Shown here: positions 13,701 through 25,700 of the stretch, in pieces
Numbering within the stretch: the stretch's first letter is position 1
Layout of the letters: each line of letters opens with the position of its first letter
Assembly: GCA_951804945.1 (NCBI GenBank)
Contig: OX638157.1
Location: forward strand, 62,744,001-62,808,000
DNA length: 64,000 nt
Source: Podarcis cretensis
Taxonomy: Eukaryota
Reading direction: 5' to 3'
Translations under genes and position numbers: made by a program
The notes under the pieces: generated by a model
Told to the model about the DNA's origin: nothing
The model's input: only the letters and a program-made list of their open reading frames with translations
The model's database searches: none

Positions 13701-16700
13701 AACTGCAGGTGGATATGTATGCTGGAAAATAAGAACTGCTTGTTATGTAACTTCCCACTCCAGTTTTGCCAAGAAGTTTTACCTCTTTTCAGTTTCAGTC
13801 CCTTGTGGCAGGAAACTGCTGCCACCATGGCTCTGGAGTTAGAGCTGGTAGGTATGGCACTGCAGTGGTGGAAACAGTGGTGGGCCAGACAACAAGCATA
13901 CAAACCCATCTTAAATTTGCGAAGACCTGTGTGCCTTAAAGAAAGGCAGAAGTCCAGGTCAGGATGCACATAACAGCAACTCCTAAAGTGTTGCTTAAGA
14001 AAAGTTGGGGTAGCCTGCCCTTTCCCTGGAGGTACTTAAGGGCTGTGTGTCCTTGAAGGAAAGCAGAAGCAAGAAGACGTGGGCCAGCAATCTCATGCTT
14101 TCAGCTCCTGAGAGAACCCTGTTCTTTATTTTGTAACATATGTAGCATTTATGTATATTTAAAATTGTAAACTGCCTTGGGTGGCACGGGAGAAAGGAAG
14201 TATATAAAGAAAACAAACAGAGGAAGCTTCGTTCAGCACTCAAAAGCTACCCAGATAAATTATTTGTCTGCAGAAAGTAGCACAAGCTACATGTTCCTTT
14301 GTGAATGTTTTTAATGTTGTACAGGGATTTGCATTTTCTTCCCTGAATCGGTGTGTTTAAGGCTTGTGCAAAATTTGGAATTTTTGGCAAGAAGAAAGAT
14401 AAATGAAGACACTATGTTTTATGGAGCAGGTCCAGAGAACGAGCATTCCCTCTGACTGTTAACCTTGGGGCATTATAACAACAATCTTCTTGGGACGTGG
14501 GTAGCCAGGACCAACATACATACTGCCCAGGCTTGTGCCACGGGCAGGTCATTTTGGTGCTGCTAACACAGCAGTTTGATTTCACCCCTGGAGGCACACT
14601 CCATTGTCTCTTAAGACAGACAGATGCCCACTATTCTAGGGTTAATAGTAATAGTCTGCAGCATACCACACACTTCTTGGAAATCTTATTCAGTCATTAC
14701 TTAAGAGTTTTAAGAGTCATCAGATATGGCCCATGTATTTTCTTTTCACATCTTTAGTTTTTATTTGGTGTTTTCAACATTACATCAAATAATGAAAGAT
14801 ACATTTAATACATAGAACAAAATAGAAAACGAAAGATAGGAGAAAGAGTAAAGAACAAAATTATAAACTGGGGAATAATCTCCAGTTTATATATAGGGTT
14901 CACAAACTGACATAAAGAGAAGCTAAACTATATTATTATTAATCATTTATAAACTGCAGTGCACAGATTAAAAATACAAGACAGTCCTTACCCAAAGGCT
15001 TACAACAGTAAAGACAGAACAGAAAAGGAAAAGGATCAGGTATGTGAATGGTGAAAAATCTTTTCTATCTGAAACCTCAGAAAGCCTTTGCCAGTCAGAG
15101 TAGATGGCTACTTGGGCAAATAGACTTGATATAAGGCAGCTTCCTATGCCTCAGGTCTGTCTGTATAAAATCACAATGTCACTGGAGATTGGGATCTTCT
15201 TTCCATTTCACTGCTATTTCACTCCTAGCTGCTGTCACTGGGTGAGAGGTAAGGCCCTTGTGTGGTACTGCTTCCTTGCACTCAAATCAAACACACAGAG
15301 AGAAAGTAAAATTCATGAACAAATCAACAACAACAGAGTCAAAAATATTTCTATTACTATTTGCATGTAACCATCAAAAGCCTGGCAAAATAAATACATT
15401 TTGAGTTGATTCCTAATGCCACCAATGTGGGGAGAAATTAGATCTTGAGCAGGAGGGAGTCTCATAAATGGGGTGTTGTCAGAAGAAAGGCCATAGCTTT
15501 CGTCCACTAATGACAGAACTAGTAGGACCACATGTGTAGAACTTAAAGCATGGGTCAGGAGGTATCCATGGAGACAGCCCTCAAATACTTGTGCCAGGAT
15601 GCATCATACATCACGGACCTCACAAACGAACAATTAAGTCTGTCACTGGAATCCTGGATACTTGGAGAAGACCACAATGTGGATGAAAGCTCTAGACACT
15701 TAACCATCTGCCCAACATTTATTTTGTTTCTCACATTTATACCTCACCTTTACTCTATCATGGAACCCATGGTGCCATGCATGTAGTACACCTATCCTGG
15801 CATCGACCAGATCCAGCTCTGCTAAGCTAAGGCAGACCATAACCCTGATCTGCCTGAAGACAAGCAGAATATGCTGAGCTTTGAAGGGAATGAGAGTTAC
15901 TAGGATTAGGTCTTGCAAATCAGCTCCTACACCCTAGCACTTAGTGACTGCACTTGGTTTGAATGAATTCATGCCTCCCGTTTACTGTCATCAATTTCCC
16001 TCTTGCAATGCAATCTATGCATATTTACTTAGAAGTCAATTCCTATTATGGACAATGGGGTTACTCCCTAGCAAGTGAGTATAGATAGATGACTTCAGCC
16101 CAAGCTCCATTTCCCAACACACCTGCAGAAAATTTGCAAAAGCATTGCAAGTAAAATCATCTATCTCATATACTTCAAGCTCCTATTGGCCACCATAAGG
16201 GCTAAAATGTGGAACACTGAATTTTGTACAACACATCACATTCTGCACTTGGGCTTCTAACAATATAATAAAGATATAAACCTTATTGCTTAAAATGAAC
16301 AGTGCAATGAATAGAGTATAAAAATTGAGGAACATTATATTATTTTAATACAGGAGCAACACCCTCTTGCAAACTGAAGTGACACAGAACTGAAATCTGT
16401 CTTACTTATTTATATGTCAAGCTTTAGTACGTGAAACGAAACCATGCCAACCATTTCAAGAAACACTAAACGTACTGTTCCATTAATGAAAGCCTATTAG
16501 TTTAGATCAGTCCTCTTGAGATTACTTGCTCGAAGATCTCATAAACCAAGAAATACTTCAACTGAATCTTTGGCAGGCCCGCACACAGTTGTTTTCGTTT
16601 AAAATTAGTTGTGAAGTTGCATTATTGAACAACTCCTAGTTTCATATAAAAGCCTTACAAAAGAGCTTTTTATAAGACTGGATGCTTTAACTGCATATAT

Positions 16701-19700
16701 ATACATCCTACATGGAGTAAACAGCTCCTTAGATAAGGCTACATATGAACAGGGCCAACTGGAATGCCAAAACAGGTTTAAATGGAACTATAAATATTTC
16801 ACATTTATTATACATTAATATTTTTTAAGCCTTCATAAGAAGCAAAACAGTGTGGAGATGCAACAGAAAGCGGCTGGGGGGGGGGTGGGATGACTCCTGC
16901 TCACCCCCTTGGCTGTTGGCCTGTGGGGTTCCAGGGTTTTTTTGTTTGTCCGCCATGCTGGGATGTCATAAAGATGTTTGGAATCTGTGCCACCAATGGG
17001 TGGATGACACTCATCTCTCCCTCCCTCCCTGCTTTCCATCACATTCCAGGGAAGCTGTGGAAGTGCTGAACCAGTGTATGAAGTTGGTAATAGATTGAAT
17101 GATAGCAAGAAAACTACAACTTAATCCAGACAAGACAACATGCTCTTGGTTAATAGAATAGATCTAGAAATAGGAGTTCAACCTGTGCTGCATGGGGTAA
17201 CATTTCTCTGAAAACACAGCTTTGTACTGTTTGTATTGAGTTGTATTTTACTAATTACCCTCCTTAAAGGACGCTGAGGAAAGGCAAGAGTGTAAATATT
17301 TTAAATAAACAAATGAAGCAAGCATGCACAAATGCTCCCTACTTTGCCTTTTCTGCTATTTACCACCATTTGAAGCACAATGCACAATAAACTGCTTTTA
17401 ATAAGGTACAGTGTTTTAGCAATGGTATAGGTACACTGCACACTTATTATAATACTTTTAAAAATAAACATAAAATGGTTGCTGTTTTTAGTGCCAACAT
17501 TTCCTTGCTTTCAAGCAGTTTTTAAGCAAATGAAATTAGTAGGGGATTTATTCTACATGAACATTCAATTGAACTACAGATTTCTATTCTGTTTCCATGG
17601 CAACATTCGTTTCAAACCATTATTACTAAAATTGAATTTCACGTCTCTGTTGGAACTAAACAACATTAAAAAAGGCCCTTGGAAGGGTTCATCTAGCACA
17701 ACTAATTACTCTGGAAAATAGCTTTCTAAAATCCAACTAATTTAAATTTCATTCCTGTCAAACTATTAAAGGTTATAATTGTGTCACTGTTTATTGCAGT
17801 GTCAATAGCTTCAAGGTAGCTATTTCAATGGCCACAGCTTTATAATACGTCTCAAAAGCTTCTTAACAGAGGAGGAAATGGTGCATCAAAAGCATACAAA
17901 AGGTAGAAAGGCAAATGATCACGAACCACTGGGAAAAAAACAGAAAGGATATACCTTGCCTGTCTGAATTCTTGAGATGAAATCTTTAGCAAAAGTAGGA
18001 ACAATTCTTTAACAGTTTGAGTCTAACATTATTCTAGGCAGAACTCAGACAGATGGAAAGGAAACAAACTAGTCTACTGCGGATACTGCGCATAGATTAT
18101 TCTCATAGGCTCAACAGAGTACTGTCTACTCTCTCGGCCTATTGACACATGCACAGGAAGTGTATCAGGGTCCCCCCCCCCCAATCAGTTCAATCTTAGT
18201 TATTTGTACTCTCAAACTGTGCCAGAGTACATTATGCTCAAAGTGTGCTACTGGAGAACTGTCCAAACCTACTTATTAATTATGTGGGCAAGTAAAGTGA
18301 TGGATCAAGTGCAAAGTACTAGACCTGCATTGGATTACCCCAATGAAATTGACTGGCAACAGGTCAGGGCAGACAAAAGAAAGTACTTACTTGCATAAGA
18401 TGATTGATTTATGGAATTCCCTGCCAGAAGATGCAAGGACGGCTGCTGGTTTCAAAAGGGATTAGAGACATTCGTGAAGAAAGAGTCTACCAATGGCAAC
18501 TAGCTATTATAGCCAAATAGGATACATACTTCTGAATACCAGGCACCACTAAGCTCTCTTTTATAGATGCTCAGAGCATGTACTTTACACATTACAACAG
18601 TTCACCATATATCTACAAATCTGTGGAAGCACTGAGGACCAATTTCATATTTTGCAGAAGTAACCCAACTTGAGAGCAAGACGGCAGGTGAGTGGTGGAA
18701 CACAGAGATCAGTTTATCTCTGTACCACACACCTGCCAAGTTGTTCTGAATACAGTCATACCTCAGGTTAAAGATGCTTCAGATTGAGCGTTTTCAGGTT
18801 GCGTCCTGCGGTGACCCAGAAGTAATGGAATGGGTTACTTCCGGGTTTCGCCGCTCGTGCAGACGCTCAAATGATGTCACGCGCAAGCGCAGAAGCGGCT
18901 AATTGCGACCTGAGCAAACGTGGGTTGCGTTCTGCTCAGGTTGCGAACGGGGCTCCTGAACAGATCTCGTTTGCGACCAGAGGTACCACTGTATACTGAT
19001 ATACAGTGGTACCTCAGGTTAAGTACTTAATTCGTTCCAGAGGTCCGTACTTAACCTGAAACTGTTCTTAACCTGAAGACCACTTTAGCTAATGGGGCCT
19101 CCTGCTGCTGCCGCGCCGCCGAAGCCCAATTTCTGTTCTTATCCTGAAGGAAAGTTCTTAACCTGAAGCACTATTTCTGGGTTAGTGGAGTCTGTAACCT
19201 GAAGCGTATGTAACCTGAAGCGTATGTAACCCGAGGTACCACTGTAATTTATTAAATACATAACTTGCCCTTCATTCCAAAGGAGCGCAGGGTGGAAAAA
19301 AGAGAACTAGTAAAAAAAAAAATACAATAAAAAAAAAGATAACGTATTTGAAACATTTTAAAAACAAGAACATCAAAAGTTTATATATCAATAAATCAGC
19401 TGAAAAATATTAATTATTTAGATTACAATCAAACCCCCATACACATATCAGGCTGGGGGGGCGGGGTTGGATTGAGCAGTGGCATTCCTTTGCTTTCTTC
19501 TGCCAGCCATCTACCACTCCACTGGCCCAGACCTTTCCCTTCTGCCTGAAAGTGCAGGAAGGTGGAAGGCCTGCCAGCAGTATCCCTGCTGACAGAAAGT
19601 CCCAAAACGGGGCATTCTGAAGGTGGAACTGAGCTGGCCTCGAATCCACTTGATCTGAGCTGCTCTCACACCTAGCACAGACTCATTGCAAGACCAACTG

Positions 19701-22700
19701 CTGGTGCAAGGATCGTGCCTGATTTGCCTGTCCCCTTTGCCCAGCCTTCCACTGCTGCTTCAATGAGCAACTTAGCTCCAGAAAGCCTCAGCGACAGCAA
19801 CTGAAACTTTGGATTGCTTTGCCAGTGAGTGTGCTAAACCAATTGCATCAGAAAGGAAAATACCAGATGAAAGTGGAACAGAAAATACCAAACGAATGTC
19901 AGAACCGACTGACCCATCCCAAGTGTGTGTGTATATAGGAGTGCTCTTTCTACGTGCTAAAAGCACTTCAGATATCATCACCACAAATATCATTATCCCA
20001 GCAATCAACAGTCCCCTAGGGTAGGGAAATTTCTTTTTCACGTCAGACACGGAGCAGCTTGCCCAAAGCAAATCAGTTGACAGCAGAGATTACGAGAACC
20101 ATGAGTTTCCACCTCACTATCTTATCCATAAGCCATGCCAGCTATTGGGGGGACATATTCTGCAGTACCCAAAACATTGTTATTCTCTTCCCTAGATCCC
20201 TGTAAAATAAAATAAATCCAGAGGGCAGAATTCAATGGGTCCCACCAATGGAAGCCCTGCACAAGAGTTTCTGCTTGAGCAGTGGGACTTTTGTCCCTTT
20301 CCTCCCCCTGCAACCACTAAAATTGGTTTTTGTGAGTCAAAGAACTTGCAGAACAGTGGGGGGGGGGAGGGGGGATCATTCGGTCTGGCAAGCCAAAATA
20401 CCTGCTCTGACAGAATGATCACCTTAAAGCAATGTTCCTTAATAAACAGACAGTAGATGCACATATAAACAACTTACCATGGTGTAATTGTGGGCTACTT
20501 TGTGCAAATCCGTGCAACCCTGTGCATCTGCAAAGGACCGGATTCCAAGGCAATTTGATGGATGAAGCTGCTTCATTAAAAATTTACAGCAAGCTTCTAC
20601 AACCTGAGAGAGCTGAAGAATACATGCTGTAGATAACAGGCACTCAATATTATCTTCTTTTAATTCAAGGCGACCTAGAAGAGTCCAAAAGAAGTTTAAG
20701 GTATTTAGGAAATAATAATATTACAAGAGCAACTCTGCTAGATCGGACCAATCTAAGGGAGGGGAGAGAAAGCTCTCTGGAGTGGACCCAGACTAAGTTA
20801 GTGGAACTTGGGTGAAATCAATGGGAAAGTTAGTCATGACCAGTTATATTGATTTCAATAGGAATTTAGTGGAAGTGCAAATTAGTTAGTCTTCATCCAA
20901 CCCAATCTCTCCACACCATTCAAAATTTAACAAACCCCTATCTATTATGTCCTCCTAAATCATATTTTTTCTAAATGAAAAAACCCCAAATGCACTAGTC
21001 TTTTCTCATAAGCTAGACTCCTAGCCTCCGGCAAGGACAACTTTGTGTTCATGAGGTTGGAGTGGCATAGAGGGAAGAAGCTGTGTTGCCATTTTAACTG
21101 CCTGGTTTCCAACTACAGGTCTGAGCTGTGTCCCCGGCTGGTACAGGGATGAGCTGGCTCAGACAGGCCAAAAGGAAGACCTTTTCACTCAAATCCTTTC
21201 CTGGGCCATAAAAAGGAGTTTTTGCAGTCTTCCCTATTTATATATTTACTTATACTTTCACACTGCTAATAACTGAAGTCATCAGCATGGTTAACAAGAA
21301 ACACCAATACCGCAAAACACAATAAACATCTATATTTGGTTGGCTTTGTGGCCTGTACCCCACAGTTACCAGGTTATTACCAGGTAAGTTAAGAGGGAAT
21401 AAATGAGACAGTACAGATTTGGGGGAACCACTGTATCAGGAGTTGGGTTTTGTTGATATTTGAATAAACAGCCCCTTCCCTTCACAGCAGGTGAGAAAGC
21501 TAATAAAATAAACAAATGTACATACATTAGACAACTTTACCAGCCACTTTCATTACCTGTATATGCATATTGCACCAAAGCCCATAGTGCATTTGGCTCA
21601 ACACCCTCCATTTTGATTTCTTCTTGTCTTGCCTCTCTTACATCATTAGTAAACATGGCGGCAAAGTAGTCCGAGACAGAAGACAACACTAATCTGTAAC
21701 CATATGAAACAAAAGATGTGAAAATGACATTCACATTAATGGCTTCATTATTCACGCCCTTGAAAGAAGAATATTTCTGAAAACATTTTGAATGTGACAA
21801 ACTATGATATCATCTACTTCTCAATATGTTTCTTAACCTACCTCTTTGGTGCTTTACAACTTCACTTCCCAATAAAAATACCACTTAAAGCTAATCTGAA
21901 TTTTGAGACAAAAATGAGAAATTTTTGGCGAAATGCAGCTCAATGGGTGCTTTTGTTGTTGTTGTTGTTTAGTCGTTTAGTCGTGTCCGACTCTTCGTGA
22001 CCCCATGGACCAGAGAACGCCAGGCACTCCTGTCCTCCACTGCCCCCCGCAGCTTGGTCAGACTCATGCTGGTAACCTCGAAAACACTATCCAACCATCT
22101 CGTCCTCTGTCGCCCCCTTCTCCTTGTGCCCGCCATCTTTCCCAACATCAGGGTCTTCTCCAGGGAGTCTTCTCTTCTCATGAGGTGGCCAAAGTACTGG
22201 AGCCTCAGCTTCACAATCTGTCCTTCCAGTGAGCACTCAGGACTGATTTCCTTCAGAATGGAGAGGTTTGATCTTCTTGCAGTCCATGGGACTCTCAAGA
22301 GTCTCCTCCAGCACCATAATTCAAAAGCATCAATTCTTCGGCGATCAGCCTTCTTTATGGTCCAGCTCTCACTTCCATACATCACTACTGGGAAAACCAT
22401 AGCTTTAACTATACGGACCTTTGTTGGCAAGGTGATGTCTCTACTTCTCAAGATGCTGTCTAGGCCTGTCATTGCCCTTCTCCCAAGAAGCAGGCGTCTT
22501 TTAATTTTGTGACTGCTGTCACCATCTGCAGTGATCATGGAGCCCAAGAAAGTAAAATCTCTCACTGCCTCCATTTCTTCCCCTTCTATTTGCCAGGAGG
22601 TGATGGGACCAGTAGCCATGATCTTCGTTTTTTTGATGTTGAGCTTCAGACCATATTTTGCACCCCCCTCTTTCACCCTCAATAAAAGGTTCTTTAATTC

Positions 22701-25700
22701 CTCCTCACTTTCTGCCATCAAAGTTGTGTCATCTGCATATCTGAGGTTGTTGATATTTCTTCCGGCAATCTTAATTCCGGCTAGGGATTCATCCAGCCCT
22801 GCCTTTCGCATGATGAATTCTGCATATAAGTTAAATAAGCAGGGAGACAAAATGCAGCCTTGTCGTACTCCTTTCCCAATTTTGAACCAGTCAGTTGTTC
22901 CATATCCAGTTCTAACTGTAGCTTCTTGTCCCACATAGAGATTTCTCAGGAGACAGATGAGGTGATCAGGCACTCCCATTTCTTTAAGAACTTGCCATAG
23001 TTTGCCATGGTCGACACAGTCAAAGGCTTTTGCATAGTCAATGAAGCAGAAGTAAATGTCTTTCTGGAACTCTCTAGCTTTCTCCATAATCCAGCGCATG
23101 TTTGCAATTTGGTCTCTGGTTCCTCTGCCTCTTCTAAATCCAGCTTGCACTTCTGGGAGTTCTCGGTCCACATACTGCTTGAGCCTTCCTTGTAGAATTT
23201 TAAGCATAACCTTGCTAGCGTGAGAAATTAGTGCAATTGTGCGATAGTTGGAGCATTCTTTGGCACTGCCCTTCTTTGGGATTGGGATGTAGACTGATCT
23301 TCTCCAATCTTCTGGCCACTGCTGAGTTTTCCAAACTTGCTGGCATATTGAGTGTAGCACCTTAACAGCATCATCTTTTAAAATTTTAAATAGTTCAGCT
23401 GGAATACCATCACTTCCACTGGCCTTGTTATTTGCAGTGCTTTCTAAGGCCCATTTGACTTCACTCTCCAGGATGTCTGGCTCAAGGTCAGCAACCACAC
23501 TACCTGGGGTATATGAGACATCCGTTTCTTTCTGGTATAATTCCTCTGTGTATTCTTGCCACCTCTTCTTTATGTCTTCTGCTTCTGTTAGGTCCTTTCC
23601 ACTTTTGTCCTTTATTATGGAAATCTTTGTACGAAATGTTCCTTTCATATCTCCAATTTTCTTGAACAGATCTCTGGTTCTTCCCATTCTATTGCTTTCC
23701 TCTATTTCTTTGCATTGCTTGTTTAAGAAGGTCTTCTTGTCTCTCCTTGCTATTCTTTGGAAATCTGCATTCAATTTCCTGTATGTTTCACGATCTCCCT
23801 TGCATTTTGCTTGCCTTCTCTCCCCCGCTATTTGTAAGGCCTCATTGGACAGCCACTTTGCTTTCTTGCATTTCCTTTTCATTGGGATGGTTTTCGTTGC
23901 TGCCTCCTGTATAATGTTACGAGCCTCCATCCATAGTTCTTCAGGCACTCTGTCCACCAAATCTAAATCCTTAAACCTGTTCCTCACTTCCACTGTGTAT
24001 TCATAAGGGATTTGACTTAGATTGTATCTTACCGGCCCAGTGGTTTTTCCTACTTTCTTCAGTTTAAGCTTGAATTTTGCTATAAGAAGCTGATGATCTG
24101 AGCCACAGTCAGCTCCAGGTCTTGTTTTTGCTGACTGTATAGAGCTTCTCCATCTTTGGCTGCAGAGAATATAATCAATCTGATTTCGATGCTGCCCATC
24201 TGGTGATGTCCATGTGTAGAGTCGTCTCTTGTGTTGTTGGAAAAGCGTGTTTGTGATGACCAGCTTGTTCTCTTGACAGAACTCTATTAGCCTTTGCCCT
24301 GCTTCGTTTTGATCTCCAAGGCCAAACTTGCCAGTTGTTCCTTTTATCTCTTGACTCCCTACTTTAGCATTCCAATCCCCTATAATGAGAAGAACATCCT
24401 TCTTTGGTGTCACTTCTATAAGGTGTTGTAAGTCTTCATAGAACTGGTCAATTTCAGTTTCTTCAGCACCAGTAGTTGGTGCATAAACTTGGATTACTGT
24501 GATGTTAAAAGGTCTGCCTTGGATTCGTATCGAGATCATTCTATCATTTTTGAGATTGCATCCCAGTACAGCTTTTGCCACTCTTTTGTTGACTATGAGG
24601 GCCACTCCATTTCTTTTACGGGTTTCTTGCCCACAGTAGTAGATATGATGGTCATCCGAACTGAATTCACGCATTCCCGTCCATTTTAGCTCACTGATGC
24701 CCAGGATGTCAATATTTATTCTTGCCATCTCATTTTTGACCACCTCCAACTTACCCATGTTCATGGTTCTTACATTCCAGGTTCCTATGCAATATTTTTC
24801 TTTACAGCATTGGACTTTCCTTTCGCTTCCGGGCATATCTGCAACTGAGCATCCTTTCGGCTTTGGCCCAGCCGCTTCATCAGCTCTGGATCTACTTGTA
24901 CTTGCCCTCCGCTCTTCCCCAGTAGCATGTTGGACGCCTTCCGACCTGAGGGGCTCATCTTCCAGCGTCATAACTTTTATATGCCTGTTGTCTTTGTCCA
25001 TGGAGTTTTCTTGGCAGGGATACTGGAGTGGCTTGCCGGTTCCTCCTCCAGGTGGATCACGTTTGGTCAAAACTCTCCACTATGACCTGTTCATCTTGGG
25101 TGCCCTGCTCGGCATAGTTCATAGCTTCTCTGAGTTCTTCAAGCCCCTTCGCCACGGCAAGGCAGTGATCCATGAAGGGGCAATGGGTGCTAGGACTGGG
25201 CAATATATCAATATATCCAAAATCAGTTTGAAGTTCACATCATGATAACTGTTTCATAATATTTGAGCTGGCAATATATTGTGAATTAAAATGTGTGTAA
25301 GAGCTAGGCAACATCTGGTTTTCAACATCGCGATAACTCACCAGCTAAACATCATGATAACTCATCAGCTAAAAACTGCAATGTTTTCAGCGGCTAAACC
25401 TTGCAGTGTTATCACCAGCAACGGTGCAATGTTATCACCTCACAATATCACCAGCTAAACTCTGCAACCTACCACAATGTCAGAAATAAGGATGGAACTA
25501 TACAGAGGCGAAATGTCCTGGCAACTGCTAGTACTTAGGAGACTAAAACAGATAAATGACAATATTATCAATCATCACAAACATTTTCATCAGCGGGCAA
25601 GCCAAAATGCAACCCATCAGGAATTTTGGTTTTGGGCTTGGCTACCAAATGGTGGTATACAGAACAATCCAAAGTACAGCGATGAGACATAGTGAATACA

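Noticed and set aside
15785-15830. 5S rRNA-like segment on the minus strand
   Set aside because: Only a short, weak resemblance; at most a decayed 5S-derived SINE
21997-25245. Plus-strand ORFs of 135-193 aa
   Set aside because: Antisense shadows of the Bov-B ORF
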